The notes beneath the pieces are model-generated. The model worked only from the letters and a program-made list of their open reading frames with translations. It was not told where the DNA came from and ran no database searches. A DNA stretch of 39,852 nt from a virus (Duplodnaviria > Caudoviricetes). The position numbers and the translations under genes were made by a program. Positions 24,290-32,968 of this stretch are shown here, one piece after another; the first letter of the stretch is position 1; each line of letters opens with the position of its first letter. The stretch is taken from positions 1-39,852 of the IMG/VR virus record IMGVR_UViG_3300037467_000579. One strand, 5' to 3'.

Positions 24290-25827
24290 TGTGCTATTCC
24301 CAGTTGGCGAGCCTTCCCGAGCTTCGCGCCAAACTCGGAACGCTCCTGCGGAGTCATCGCTGTTTTCATGGACGATCTTTCCTCTGGCGTCATGGATGAA
24401 AACTGAATTACCTTTGGATCAGCGACCGAATTGAATTGGTTCAGCGCGCTGTTGTACATCTCAGGATGACCCTGATCAGCCATTGCTTTGAATGGCGTCA
24501 AAAACTGGGCACGCGCAAGCGCAAGCTTTCTCTGTGCGATGACTTGATCTGCTGCTTGGGTAATTGCCTCTTTTGTCATATGGTGATTTGGCGTTGCCGC
24601 CTCAGCCATCGTTCTAGCAAGATTGGTATCACCACCAGCCAACGCAAGCATGTTTGAATTTTTTGCAAGCAGGTCGGCATCTGTCTTTGCCATTTGACCT
24701 GCATCCATGCCGAGCAACCCGGCGATTCCGTCAATAAGCGCCCTTCGATCTGAGCCAACACCTGTTGCTGCGCCAGCTGCATGCTGCTTGATGTTTTGAA
24801 GAACGCCGATGTCTTGCTGCGCCGTATTCGCTGACGCCTGCGTGTCGGACCAGTGCTTATTAATCTGTTCTTGCGTGCCAACGATTGCTTGTGGCGCACC
24901 AGCTGGCAAGCCAGATGCCACAAATCCATTGCCCTGCTGAGGGCGCTGGCTTGTTGCCTGAAAATCCTGCACGCCATTAACAAAAGCCTGTGGGTCCTTC
25001 TTCATAAGGAATTGCTTTTGCATATCACTTAACTTGGACAAATCCAAGCCTGAGGTGCGCGATTCTTCCGCGCCCTGCGGTCCAAGATAACCAGGCGTGT
25101 TGTTCTCCCCTATAACCTGCGTAGTCGGCGGCAATTGCTTCTGAATCGGCGGCTGCGAAGCGAATGGGTTGATGTTGATGTGCTGCTGCCCGTTGTCGAG
25201 CATTGTTGGTTGGGACGCTGATACTTGCCCTTGGGCGCTCATTTGACCCTGCAAAGTATTTGCAAGCATCTGCTTGACGGCTCCCGGTTGGTGGACTGCA
25301 TTCATGTAAGGGGCCACTGCCAACAACGCCTGATCCTTTGGCACGCCCTTTGCGAGCATTTGGTCAAAACCCTCTGAAAGCGCTTGCGCAGCAGATTGAT
25401 CATTATATTTTTCAGGCGGAGCACTTATGCGAGGGTCTTGCAATAGACCAGACGCTGTTTGCAAAGCCGTCCCCATGTAGTCTTTTTGCAGCGCAAACTT
25501 ACTTCCTTGATTTGCTATTTGCGATGCCTGGTTTCCTAGATTTCCTTGAGCTATGCCTGCGCCAAGCGTAGGCGCTACGACCTGAGCGCGAGCGGTGAAC
25601 TTTTCCTGATTCAGGCTTCCATCCGGATTCCGAACAGATGGATCGCTGACTAGATCACGTATAGCTGTCTTTTCTTTCAGATTCGCTTCGTTCGCATCAT
25701 TCGATATTTGATATGCTCGATTAGCCTGCTGCGCATTCTTAATATTCATGATGCCGCCTAGCGTGGTCAGCATGTCAGGAACTTTGACCTGCGAGGCGAT
25801 AGTTTGATCTGGAATTGAAAGTGGCAT
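24286..25827 (-). CDS. DNA ejection protein (P22 gp20 position)
   Basis: Gln/Ala-rich; synteny. Confidence 0.7.
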   Translation of the reverse strand: MPLSIPDQTIASQVKVPDMLTTLGGIMNIKNAQQANRAYQISNDANEANLKEKTAIRDLVSDPSVRNPDGSLNQEKFTARAQVVAPTLGAGIAQGNLGNQASQIANQGSKFALQKDYMGTALQTASGLLQDPRISAPPEKYNDQSAAQALSEGFDQMLAKGVPKDQALLAVAPYMNAVHQPGAVKQMLANTLQGQMSAQGQVSASQPTMLDNGQQHININPFASQPPIQKQLPPTTQVIGENNTPGYLGPQGAEESRTSGLDLSKLSDMQKQFLMKKDPQAFVNGVQDFQATSQRPQQGNGFVASGLPAGAPQAIVGTQEQINKHWSDTQASANTAQQDIGVLQNIKQHAAGAATGVGSDRRALIDGIAGLLGMDAGQMAKTDADLLAKNSNMLALAGGDTNLARTMAEAATPNHHMTKEAITQAADQVIAQRKLALARAQFLTPFKAMADQGHPEMYNSALNQFNSVADPKVIQFSSMTPEERSSMKTAMTPQERSEFGAKLGKARQLGIAQ

Positions 25828-25829
25828 GA

Positions 25830-26600
25830 TTAGCTCATATTCCCAATGTCAAGACTGCTTCCGCCATATGGATAATATCCAGCCGATGAAGATGGCGAAT
25901 TGTTTGCCATATACCAGCTTGATGCATTGTTCAATGCGCCGGAAATAGCATTTGCGCTTCCGACTTGGCCTGCTGCACGAGCCGCTCCGCCAGCCAACTG
26001 TGCCGACCCAATATTCCCGCCGAATCCAAGCGCAGCAGTTGCGGTTTGTCCGTTGGATGTCTGTCCGAGGCCAGCGATACTTGCGAGACGATTGAAAATG
26101 TTCGTTTGATTCGTGTTGTAGTTGTCGAATGCTTGCTGATAGCCGTTCGATGCGTAGTTTTGTGCGTAATCGTTGATGCCTTTCAGTGCATTACCACCAA
26201 TAAGGCCACCGGATACAGATGTTTGATTATTGACCGCGCCAAGCCCTTGACTGAGCATAAAATCGTAGTTCGGCGCGAGATTAGACTTCAGGTCTGTTGC
26301 GTTGAATTGATGCTGGAATTGGCCTCCAGGCGCAGTACCAACACCAATCTGATTTAGCGCTGTATATCCAGCATCTCGGTACGGCTTCTGCTGTTCATTG
26401 ACGGTATTGAACATGCGCTCTTGGGATGCTTGAGCGTCACGCGCTGCTCCTGCCTGCGTGTCTGCTGCGCTTTCGGCGCCATCAGCTCCTATCAGTCCGC
26501 CGGCGACACTTCCACCAATGACCGCCGTGACTGGATCGTAATAAACACTGGTGTCCGGAAACCCTACCGGAATATCTAGCATCCATAGCTTGTTACGCAT
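25830..26600 (-). CDS. DNA transfer protein (P22 gp7-like)
   Basis: Gly/Ala-rich N-terminus, PYRDAGYTAL, GIN.YAQNYAS. Confidence 0.8.
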   Translation of the reverse strand: MRNKLWMLDIPVGFPDTSVYYDPVTAVIGGSVAGGLIGADGAESAADTQAGAARDAQASQERMFNTVNEQQKPYRDAGYTALNQIGVGTAPGGQFQHQFNATDLKSNLAPNYDFMLSQGLGAVNNQTSVSGGLIGGNALKGINDYAQNYASNGYQQAFDNYNTNQTNIFNRLASIAGLGQTSNGQTATAALGFGGNIGSAQLAGGAARAAGQVGSANAISGALNNASSWYMANNSPSSSAGYYPYGGSSLDIGNMS

Positions 26601-26964
26601 GGCGTAGTTCCTTCAACTCATAGTGAATCGTGGAGGCATCGCGCCCAGTCTCTTGAAAGCCAAGGCGGCTTACAAATGCGTTCCCGGCCTCGTTGTCTTT
26701 CATGACTTTTGTTCGAACAACCCCGTTGGATTGAAGGATGCCGCCTAAAACCGTTTTGATGCGAGCCCTGGAAATCCATCGCCCACGTCGATCTTTAGGA
26801 GCTGCCACATGGATTTCCGCGTCGCGCAGCATCACAACGGCCCCTCCGACATCAATAAGATCCCAATCGCTGAGCGTGCTAGAAAATTGTTCAAGGGTTA
26901 TGGTCTTCGTGCGACCTTCCAGCGCATTAAAGAGGCGCTCGCAAAGTTGATTTCTGCCCATCAT
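26593..26964 (-). CDS. GNAT-fold virion assembly protein (P22 gp14 position)
   Basis: RRGRW, N.AG..FVSRLGF.ETG. Confidence 0.7.
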   Translation of the reverse strand: MMGRNQLCERLFNALEGRTKTITLEQFSSTLSDWDLIDVGGAVVMLRDAEIHVAAPKDRRGRWISRARIKTVLGGILQSNGVVRTKVMKDNEAGNAFVSRLGFQETGRDASTIHYELKELRHA

Positions 26965-27305
26965 GAATACAGAACACCACCCATTTCGTGAATCGTGATT
27001 GATGTTGCGGCGCCTGCGAAGCCCTGCAATGTGTCGCCTGCCGCCATGTCTGGAATATCTATGTCTAGATAACCGTTGATTGCAATGCTGGTAGCTGGCA
27101 AAAACTCGTTTGCTGCACTTGCTGTGCCACCAGATGGAACCGCGTACATCGTTGCTGTGGCAGCCGACCCCGATGTATTCACAAGTCTGATGCGCCCATT
27201 TTTCAGAACGGAAGTCGATGGTGATGCCGGACACGTATAGATAACGGCAGGCGTACTAATGGGAAGCTGTTGCGGCTGAAACAGCTTGATGAATGTGAGT
27301 GCCAT
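26961..27305 (-). CDS. Virion structural protein (beta-rich)
   Basis: Position in the tail module. Confidence 0.7.
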   Translation of the reverse strand: MALTFIKLFQPQQLPISTPAVIYTCPASPSTSVLKNGRIRLVNTSGSAATATMYAVPSGGTASAANEFLPATSIAINGYLDIDIPDMAAGDTLQGFAGAATSITIHEMGGVLYS

Positions 27306-27313
27306 GTGTTTCC

Positions 27314-27694
27314 TTATGGTCCGTCTAGGCGACCGTTTGATACGCGCTGATTGGCAGATACTGTCGCGCCAAAACTTCTTTCTCTGGCAAGCAGAAGAAT
27401 TTCAAGCTGCTCGATTCTCTTTTTCAGTGTTTCGATTTCCGATCGCTCATCACGCATCATCAGAAGCAGAGATTCAATACCGCTGATTCGCTGCGAAAGG
27501 TTCGACGTTTCTGCTGGCACCACACGCTGTTGAGAGAACAAAAGCTGTGTGTCATTGCTTGTTACCGTGCCGCCCGTACTTGATCCTGCAGCTTGATAAA
27601 AGCTGTTCAAAAACAGATACCAATCACGCGAAATAATCCCGGTACGCGGGTCGCAAATTGGGCTTTGCGGAATCGGTAGCTGAAACGTGACCAT
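27314..27694 (-). CDS. Tail needle/plug-like protein (gp26 position)
   Basis: DPRTGIISRDWYLFL plus coiled coil; follows the gp10-like gene. Confidence 0.6.
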   Translation of the reverse strand: MVTFQLPIPQSPICDPRTGIISRDWYLFLNSFYQAAGSSTGGTVTSNDTQLLFSQQRVVPAETSNLSQRISGIESLLLMMRDERSEIETLKKRIEQLEILLLARERSFGATVSANQRVSNGRLDGP

Positions 27695-29133
27695 TAGTGT
27701 GCAGCCGGGGATGTAATCAGATTTGCCGACAAAATCACTGCATTTACTGGATCAGTGATGGTCACTTCAAAGACTCTGTCCCTGGCCTCGCCCATGCGCC
27801 GCTTAATGGCACGGTTCTTGTATTTGCCTATTTTTCCTATCGCCACTGGGTAATAACTGGACCATGTGGCCCCGCCATCATTCGACCAACGCAGCATCAT
27901 TTGCGGGTCCGATCCTTGGCCCGTCGAAAGGCCAACACCAGGCTGGAATTGAATCTGCAATTCCTCGTAATAAACGCGTTTCAACTCATCTGTGATGTGA
28001 TGGCATCTACGCATACGAAGAATTGCGTCGCCGTTGTCTGTGTATGTCGATCGATCAAGCGCATATACCAAGCCGTTTGTATAATCGCCAACCAGATTCA
28101 GGCCTTGGAATACTGCTGCGCAGTTGCTACGATGTCGGTGCAGAACGTTCAGCGTGTCTCGATAGGCGCGCTTGTGCCAAAGCTGAGTTGCCAGGTCATA
28201 TACCCACGTCTTGTCCTGCGTCGGCAGGTTCATTACGTAAAATTCGTGCCCTTCCTGTTGATACGAATAGCAAATCGCGTCACTAATAACGCCCGTCGCT
28301 ATGTCGTTTTCTACGGCATGTGTTGAAATACGTTGCGGCGCGTAGCCGTTCATCTGAATCACGACTGCTTGGCCGCGCTCATCATTTGCCAGCCAAGCGA
28401 CAGACTCGCCCAAACGAGTAACTGAATTTTTTGCTGCGCAGCCATGCTGCATCAGCACATTCGGTATGCGCGCAAACGGGAATGGGAATGATCCGACGTT
28501 TGTCCAAAATTCCGTTGTTTTTTCTCCGATCAAATACACGATTCCATGATCGGCAATCAAAGTCACAAGGTTGTCTGGCGCAGCATCGGCAGCGGAAAAA
28601 CTCAGCGGATTGGTAACGCTTGAAAGCGCATTACTTGCCGCCCACTGATTTGTTCCTGGCCTGTTATAGATGAAAAAATCATCGAGATAATCAACGCGAT
28701 CCGCACCAGAAAACGCACCATCGGTAGATGCAACAACAGCTAGCACTCCGGTTGAAATGTTGTACGTGTAACGATTTGCGCCATCCACGATATAAGCATC
28801 AATACCGTTATCTGTAATCGACACAATTCCGGACGACGAAAGAATGTTTCCTTTGCTGGTTGCGATGAATGAGGAATCCATCAAATACAGCACATTGCCG
28901 GCAACTATCAGCATAGATGCGCCACCAGAAAGCACGTACATTGCCCGCACTTCTGCCGCAACAAGATTCGCTATCTTCGCCAACAATCCAGGGCATGGAT
29001 AGAGAGCCATTACGCCACGTGCGCCTTCCGGCTTTGTTGGGTCAATCTCTGGATACCAGTTAATCAGCTCCTGCGCATCTTGATAGATCGATGGGGCCTC
29101 GTAAGCACCACCAACGAATCCAAAATCGGCCAT
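27694..29133 (-). CDS. Packaged-DNA stabilisation / tail hub protein (P22 gp10-like)
   Basis: INWYPE, TWVYDLATQLWH, LRWSNDGG.TWS, R.FEVTITDPV. Confidence 0.88.
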   Translation of the reverse strand: MADFGFVGGAYEAPSIYQDAQELINWYPEIDPTKPEGARGVMALYPCPGLLAKIANLVAAEVRAMYVLSGGASMLIVAGNVLYLMDSSFIATSKGNILSSSGIVSITDNGIDAYIVDGANRYTYNISTGVLAVVASTDGAFSGADRVDYLDDFFIYNRPGTNQWAASNALSSVTNPLSFSAADAAPDNLVTLIADHGIVYLIGEKTTEFWTNVGSFPFPFARIPNVLMQHGCAAKNSVTRLGESVAWLANDERGQAVVIQMNGYAPQRISTHAVENDIATGVISDAICYSYQQEGHEFYVMNLPTQDKTWVYDLATQLWHKRAYRDTLNVLHRHRSNCAAVFQGLNLVGDYTNGLVYALDRSTYTDNGDAILRMRRCHHITDELKRVYYEELQIQFQPGVGLSTGQGSDPQMMLRWSNDGGATWSSYYPVAIGKIGKYKNRAIKRRMGEARDRVFEVTITDPVNAVILSANLITSPAAH

Positions 29134-29852
29134 TACGCGAACCCGCCGTTCAGAATCCAGCCGGCGTCTTTCGCATTGCTGGAATTAAGAATGCTAGGGA
29201 ATCGCGCTACTTGCTGCGGTCGCATGTTGGTGCGTTTGATCAGGGCGCGGCCATTGGCTGCATTCTTCACAATCATTGCCGATTGCACCGGATCAGACTT
29301 ACCAAAGCTTGGCATCAATAATTCAGCCAAGTTCCAGCGCAGCGCCATGTTGTAACCCTGCGGCAGCGTCACCGTGTCGGATATATTTGCAAAACCCGTG
29401 AACAGCGTTTGCGCAAACATGTGTATTTCGCCGCTCGATGGATTCGGCCAGAATGTCGCGGTGCCAAGCGGGACGCCAGAGTTGTAGTACAGGGCTCGCG
29501 GCCATGGTCCATTGAGCGACTTCAAGCCAATCATTTCATACTGATTGATGTCGATGATCGCTACTGGATAATCAAGCGTATTAACGCGAACGAATGCACT
29601 ATCGATGCCAAGAGGGCGCGTCGTGTTGATCTGACCACCCGCGCCAAGCGTATAAACATACTGACCTGGCGTCAGCGTGAAGATGATTTCATTGATATTG
29701 AAAACCATCATGTCATCGTTTGACCACTGATCCAGCATGTCATTCAGCGTGGTCAATGCGAACGCAGCAGAAGCAGCCTCCAATGGCTCACCAGGGGCAA
29801 GCGCACCGATGTCGATATGCGCGTTCGTGATGATGTCAAGCGCTTGTGTCAT
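29133..29852 (-). CDS. Head-tail adaptor (P22 gp4-like)
   Basis: LNDMLDQW, LPQGY..ALRWNLA. Confidence 0.8.
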   Translation of the reverse strand: MTQALDIITNAHIDIGALAPGEPLEAASAAFALTTLNDMLDQWSNDDMMVFNINEIIFTLTPGQYVYTLGAGGQINTTRPLGIDSAFVRVNTLDYPVAIIDINQYEMIGLKSLNGPWPRALYYNSGVPLGTATFWPNPSSGEIHMFAQTLFTGFANISDTVTLPQGYNMALRWNLAELLMPSFGKSDPVQSAMIVKNAANGRALIKRTNMRPQQVARFPSILNSSNAKDAGWILNGGFA

Positions 29853-30190
29853 AGCGATTCGACAGGCGTGATATAGACGAGAGATGGGCCTGCAGCAGAA
29901 CCGATTGCCGTTACGCTAAAGCCATTGGCTGGCACTGCGACCACCATTGGCATGGTCATCGACGGCGGCAGCACGATCACATCAGCACTAGCCCCATCCG
30001 CAGGAAGAACGGCTGCTGGAGGATTTGATTGCGCGAGCTGAACAGCAACCGTTGTCGTTCCTGTATTCAGGAAGGCCGCGTAGTTCGTTTGATCACTTAC
30101 GCCTGCAATTGCAACCGCAGAATGCGATGTGTTCGCGACAGACAAGGCAGTGGTCGGTCCAGTCTTGCGCAGTACGTTGGTTTGAGGCAT
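29849..30190 (-). CDS. Virion protein (beta-rich)
   Basis: AGGAG RBS; position after capsid genes. Confidence 0.7.
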   Translation of the reverse strand: MPQTNVLRKTGPTTALSVANTSHSAVAIAGVSDQTNYAAFLNTGTTTVAVQLAQSNPPAAVLPADGASADVIVLPPSMTMPMVVAVPANGFSVTAIGSAAGPSLVYITPVESL

Positions 30191-30230
30191 GGAAACTCCT
30201 AGAACCCCCTGCCGAAGCAGGGGAATTCAA

Positions 30231-30602
30231 TTACCAAGACAACTGCGGATTGGATACGGACGGCGATGCGTTAGGGCGCTGCACGCTCACTGCATAGGTT
30301 CCAGCAGCAGGCGTAACAGAGCCTGCAGTCGGATTGATGAAGCGAATAGTGAGCTGATCGGCGGCAGATACATAGGCATCAAGAACGCCTACCCCTGCTG
30401 TTTGCGCCCCCTGGAAAGCAACGCTTACGATGTCGCCGACCAGAAGGCCAATTCCCGTTGAGGCGAAGTTTTGTGCTGCGGTCGTAACAGTTGCTACCGC
30501 AGTTGGCGTAAGGCTTATCAGGAAAACGCCCTCTTTTGCCACATTACCGATCGGCGCAACAGCCTGATAAGTGGTTGTGCTTGCTGGTCCCGGATTGGAC
30601 AT
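30231..30602 (-). CDS. Putative capsid decoration protein
   Basis: AAGGAG RBS directly after the coat gene; small beta-rich. Confidence 0.65.
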   Translation of the reverse strand: MSNPGPASTTTYQAVAPIGNVAKEGVFLISLTPTAVATVTTAAQNFASTGIGLLVGDIVSVAFQGAQTAGVGVLDAYVSAADQLTIRFINPTAGSVTPAAGTYAVSVQRPNASPSVSNPQLSW

Positions 30603-30648
30603 GATTTCTCCTTAAAATGGGAAAGCGCCACGAATGGCGCTAGATGGA

Positions 30649-31896
30649 TTAGCCGGCGATTCGACAGGCGAGTTCTTGATAGAGGGGAGCCCATCCATAC
30701 AAGACATCGAAACGACATGGCAGACTGTCGTTATTGATGGTGTATTGCCGGACAATCCGCACCGACATGCCGGTTCCTTTATCTGCTGCACGGCCCGCAA
30801 AATGCACACCTTCCGGCAGCTCCAAATCGGCGCAAGCCAAGGTGAAGGCGTTCTTGTGGAACAGGATGTTTTGCGGCGAAGTTACCGCAGCAGCAGCCGT
30901 TGAGGCAATCGAGAATGGCGTGATGACAGCGGAGTTGGCCGGCGAAATCGTCACGTTCTGGAACTGACCGCCATAGATCAGTGCGGGGCTGACTGTGACG
31001 GTGGTGTTTCCATTAGACAGGGTGACAGCCGACTTCACAACAAAACTGCGCAGCTTGCCGTATGACTGGCGGTTCTGCGGGTTGACCCCATAGACCCCTG
31101 CAATCGTGAATGTGTCGCCAACGTTCAGCACGCCGTTTTGCGTTGCACTGATATTCAACGTCGTAGAAGATGCCCAGCCAGTAGCGAGCCCCTGATTGGC
31201 CCCGTTCACGGTAATGGCTCCGGCAGTCGTGGTCCATGCGCCATATGTTTGCGCAACCACGTTCTGGTCCATCTTCCAGTTCATGCCGCCAGAATCACGA
31301 CCCATCAGGCCTTTGCGATACTGCTCGCCGATCTTCGCATCCGGCACAAACAGACCCTTTAGAGAGTCAACAATTGCCGCGCCGGTAAAAGGCTCGATGA
31401 TGACCGCACGCTTTCCATCGCGTGGCGCTGCCTCCGAATCAAGATAGGCACCAGCGGTCAGATAGGTCAGCAGAGCGTTAGGCGTAGTGCCAGCAGTGCC
31501 GACAGTATTTGCCGTGTTCTGCGTAGCCATCACAAGACCGTCGCGGTCAATCTTGTTGCCGATGGCTGCCATCGTCGGTTTGATGATGCGATCTGAAAAG
31601 GCATCGAGCGACAAAGCCAAGTCCTGTGTCGTGAACTGCGTATCGACGTGGAATTGCGTCGTCAGAACAACCGGGACACTAGTTTCGTTGAAGTCTTCAA
31701 CATTCAATGCGGGACCAGTTGTGCCGATGAAGCGACCAGGGCGGCGGACGTTGACCGTGTTGCCGATCTTTGCGCCAGTTACGGCGAATTGATCGTCATA
31801 CTCCCGGTTCACCTCTGCAGTGAAGGTCGTTTCGTTTTCCAGGACCATCAACGCTTCGTTGGTGATCTTGGAGATGGTGAGAAGGTTGTTACTCAT
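30649..31896 (-). CDS. Major capsid protein (P22 coat family)
   Basis: KIGNTVNVRRP, GDTFTIAGVYGVNP, RFDVLYGW. Confidence 0.93.
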   Translation of the reverse strand: MSNNLLTISKITNEALMVLENETTFTAEVNREYDDQFAVTGAKIGNTVNVRRPGRFIGTTGPALNVEDFNETSVPVVLTTQFHVDTQFTTQDLALSLDAFSDRIIKPTMAAIGNKIDRDGLVMATQNTANTVGTAGTTPNALLTYLTAGAYLDSEAAPRDGKRAVIIEPFTGAAIVDSLKGLFVPDAKIGEQYRKGLMGRDSGGMNWKMDQNVVAQTYGAWTTTAGAITVNGANQGLATGWASSTTLNISATQNGVLNVGDTFTIAGVYGVNPQNRQSYGKLRSFVVKSAVTLSNGNTTVTVSPALIYGGQFQNVTISPANSAVITPFSIASTAAAAVTSPQNILFHKNAFTLACADLELPEGVHFAGRAADKGTGMSVRIVRQYTINNDSLPCRFDVLYGWAPLYQELACRIAG

Positions 31897-31909
31897 TTAA
31901 AGCTCCAAA

Positions 31910-31934
31910 TAAAAAAGCCCGACGAATCGGGCTT
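31910..31934 (-). terminator. Terminator-like hairpin between scaffold and coat genes
   Basis: AAGCCCGA/TCGGGCTT plus T6. Confidence 0.7.
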
Positions 31935-31952
31935 GATTGAGATTGGAGCGCC

Positions 31953-32864
31953 TCAGCGAATCTTTCCCGCTTTGCGTGCCGCCTTCCACTGCTCATAAGT
32001 GCCGTGGAATTGGCCGTCACTGGTTACGGGAACATCAACAGACGAGCCGACAGATTGAATCGGGTTGATCGGCTCAGGCGCTCTAGATATTTTTGGAGCA
32101 GGTTTTGCAGCTTCTTCCTTCGGCGCTTCTTGCAGCAACTTGGCTTCAAGTTTGCCGATTTCCCGGAGAGCGGAAACAACAGATTTGGAATTGAGTGCTT
32201 CAGCAATTTCGGGATTAGCGGCCAAGTGATAGAGGATTTTCGGCCCCGCCTCACTTTCAAGAATGGCATCCCGGACTTCGTTTGACACGCTCACATCTGC
32301 TGATGCAATCATGGCTTCGTAATCCGGCAATTCCTTCTTTGCCGTTTCAATGCGCTCGCTCCAAGCCTTGATGACTTTTTCGCGCTCTGCATTTGCCCGC
32401 TTTTCCGCTTCTGCCTTGTCCCTCTGCTTCAATGCATTTTCGGTAGACCATTCGGCCAACGCTTCCGCATACTCAAAAGCGTCAGTGAATTGATCTGGCC
32501 TTGGTTTTGCATCTGCCTCTATCACCGCTTTCGGCGGCGCTAGTTTCGCTTCCAGCTCTGCCGCCTTGCGCTCTGCGGCCTCCCTTGCTTCGCGCTCCCG
32601 CTGCGCCTCCCGGCGCGCATCTTCACGTTGCTTGGTCAGTTCCGAAAAACGCTTTTCCAGCTTCGGATTAGGATTTTGCTGCTTGCCTGCTTCATCCGAC
32701 TGTTTCTCGCTTTCCGTTGTTTCTTGGCCAGTTTTTTGCTCTACTACCGGCTCTGCTGCCTTTTCAGGCGCAGCCTCAGCAGGAGCGGGGGCAGGCGCAA
32801 TATCCAACTTCTTTGCGTAAAATTCAGCCGCGTTTTCACTTGTCACAACATTTGCTTCTTGCAT
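31953..32864 (-). CDS. Scaffolding protein
   Basis: Charged coiled coil between portal and coat; KRFSELT, ILYHLA.NPE, EIGKLEAKL. Confidence 0.85.
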   Translation of the reverse strand: MQEANVVTSENAAEFYAKKLDIAPAPAPAEAAPEKAAEPVVEQKTGQETTESEKQSDEAGKQQNPNPKLEKRFSELTKQREDARREAQREREAREAAERKAAELEAKLAPPKAVIEADAKPRPDQFTDAFEYAEALAEWSTENALKQRDKAEAEKRANAEREKVIKAWSERIETAKKELPDYEAMIASADVSVSNEVRDAILESEAGPKILYHLAANPEIAEALNSKSVVSALREIGKLEAKLLQEAPKEEAAKPAPKISRAPEPINPIQSVGSSVDVPVTSDGQFHGTYEQWKAARKAGKIR

Positions 32865-32909
32865 GGGATCTCCACGATTTAGCCCGATGAAGCCATCGGT
32901 AGCAGGCAA

Positions 32910-32934
32910 TAAAAAAACCGCCTCGTGGGCGGTT
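32910..32934 (-). terminator. Terminator-like hairpin after portal
   Basis: AACCGCC/GGCGGTT plus T7. Confidence 0.7.
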
Positions 32935-32968
32935 CGCATTCGTCGGCTTTGCCTAATGCCAGCGAAAG

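Noticed and set aside
26964-27234. Long N-terminal extensions in the ORF track (also tailspike, scaffold, groES, int, Rz)
   Set aside because: They overlap upstream genes or terminators; downstream starts with RBS or ATGA coupling were chosen instead
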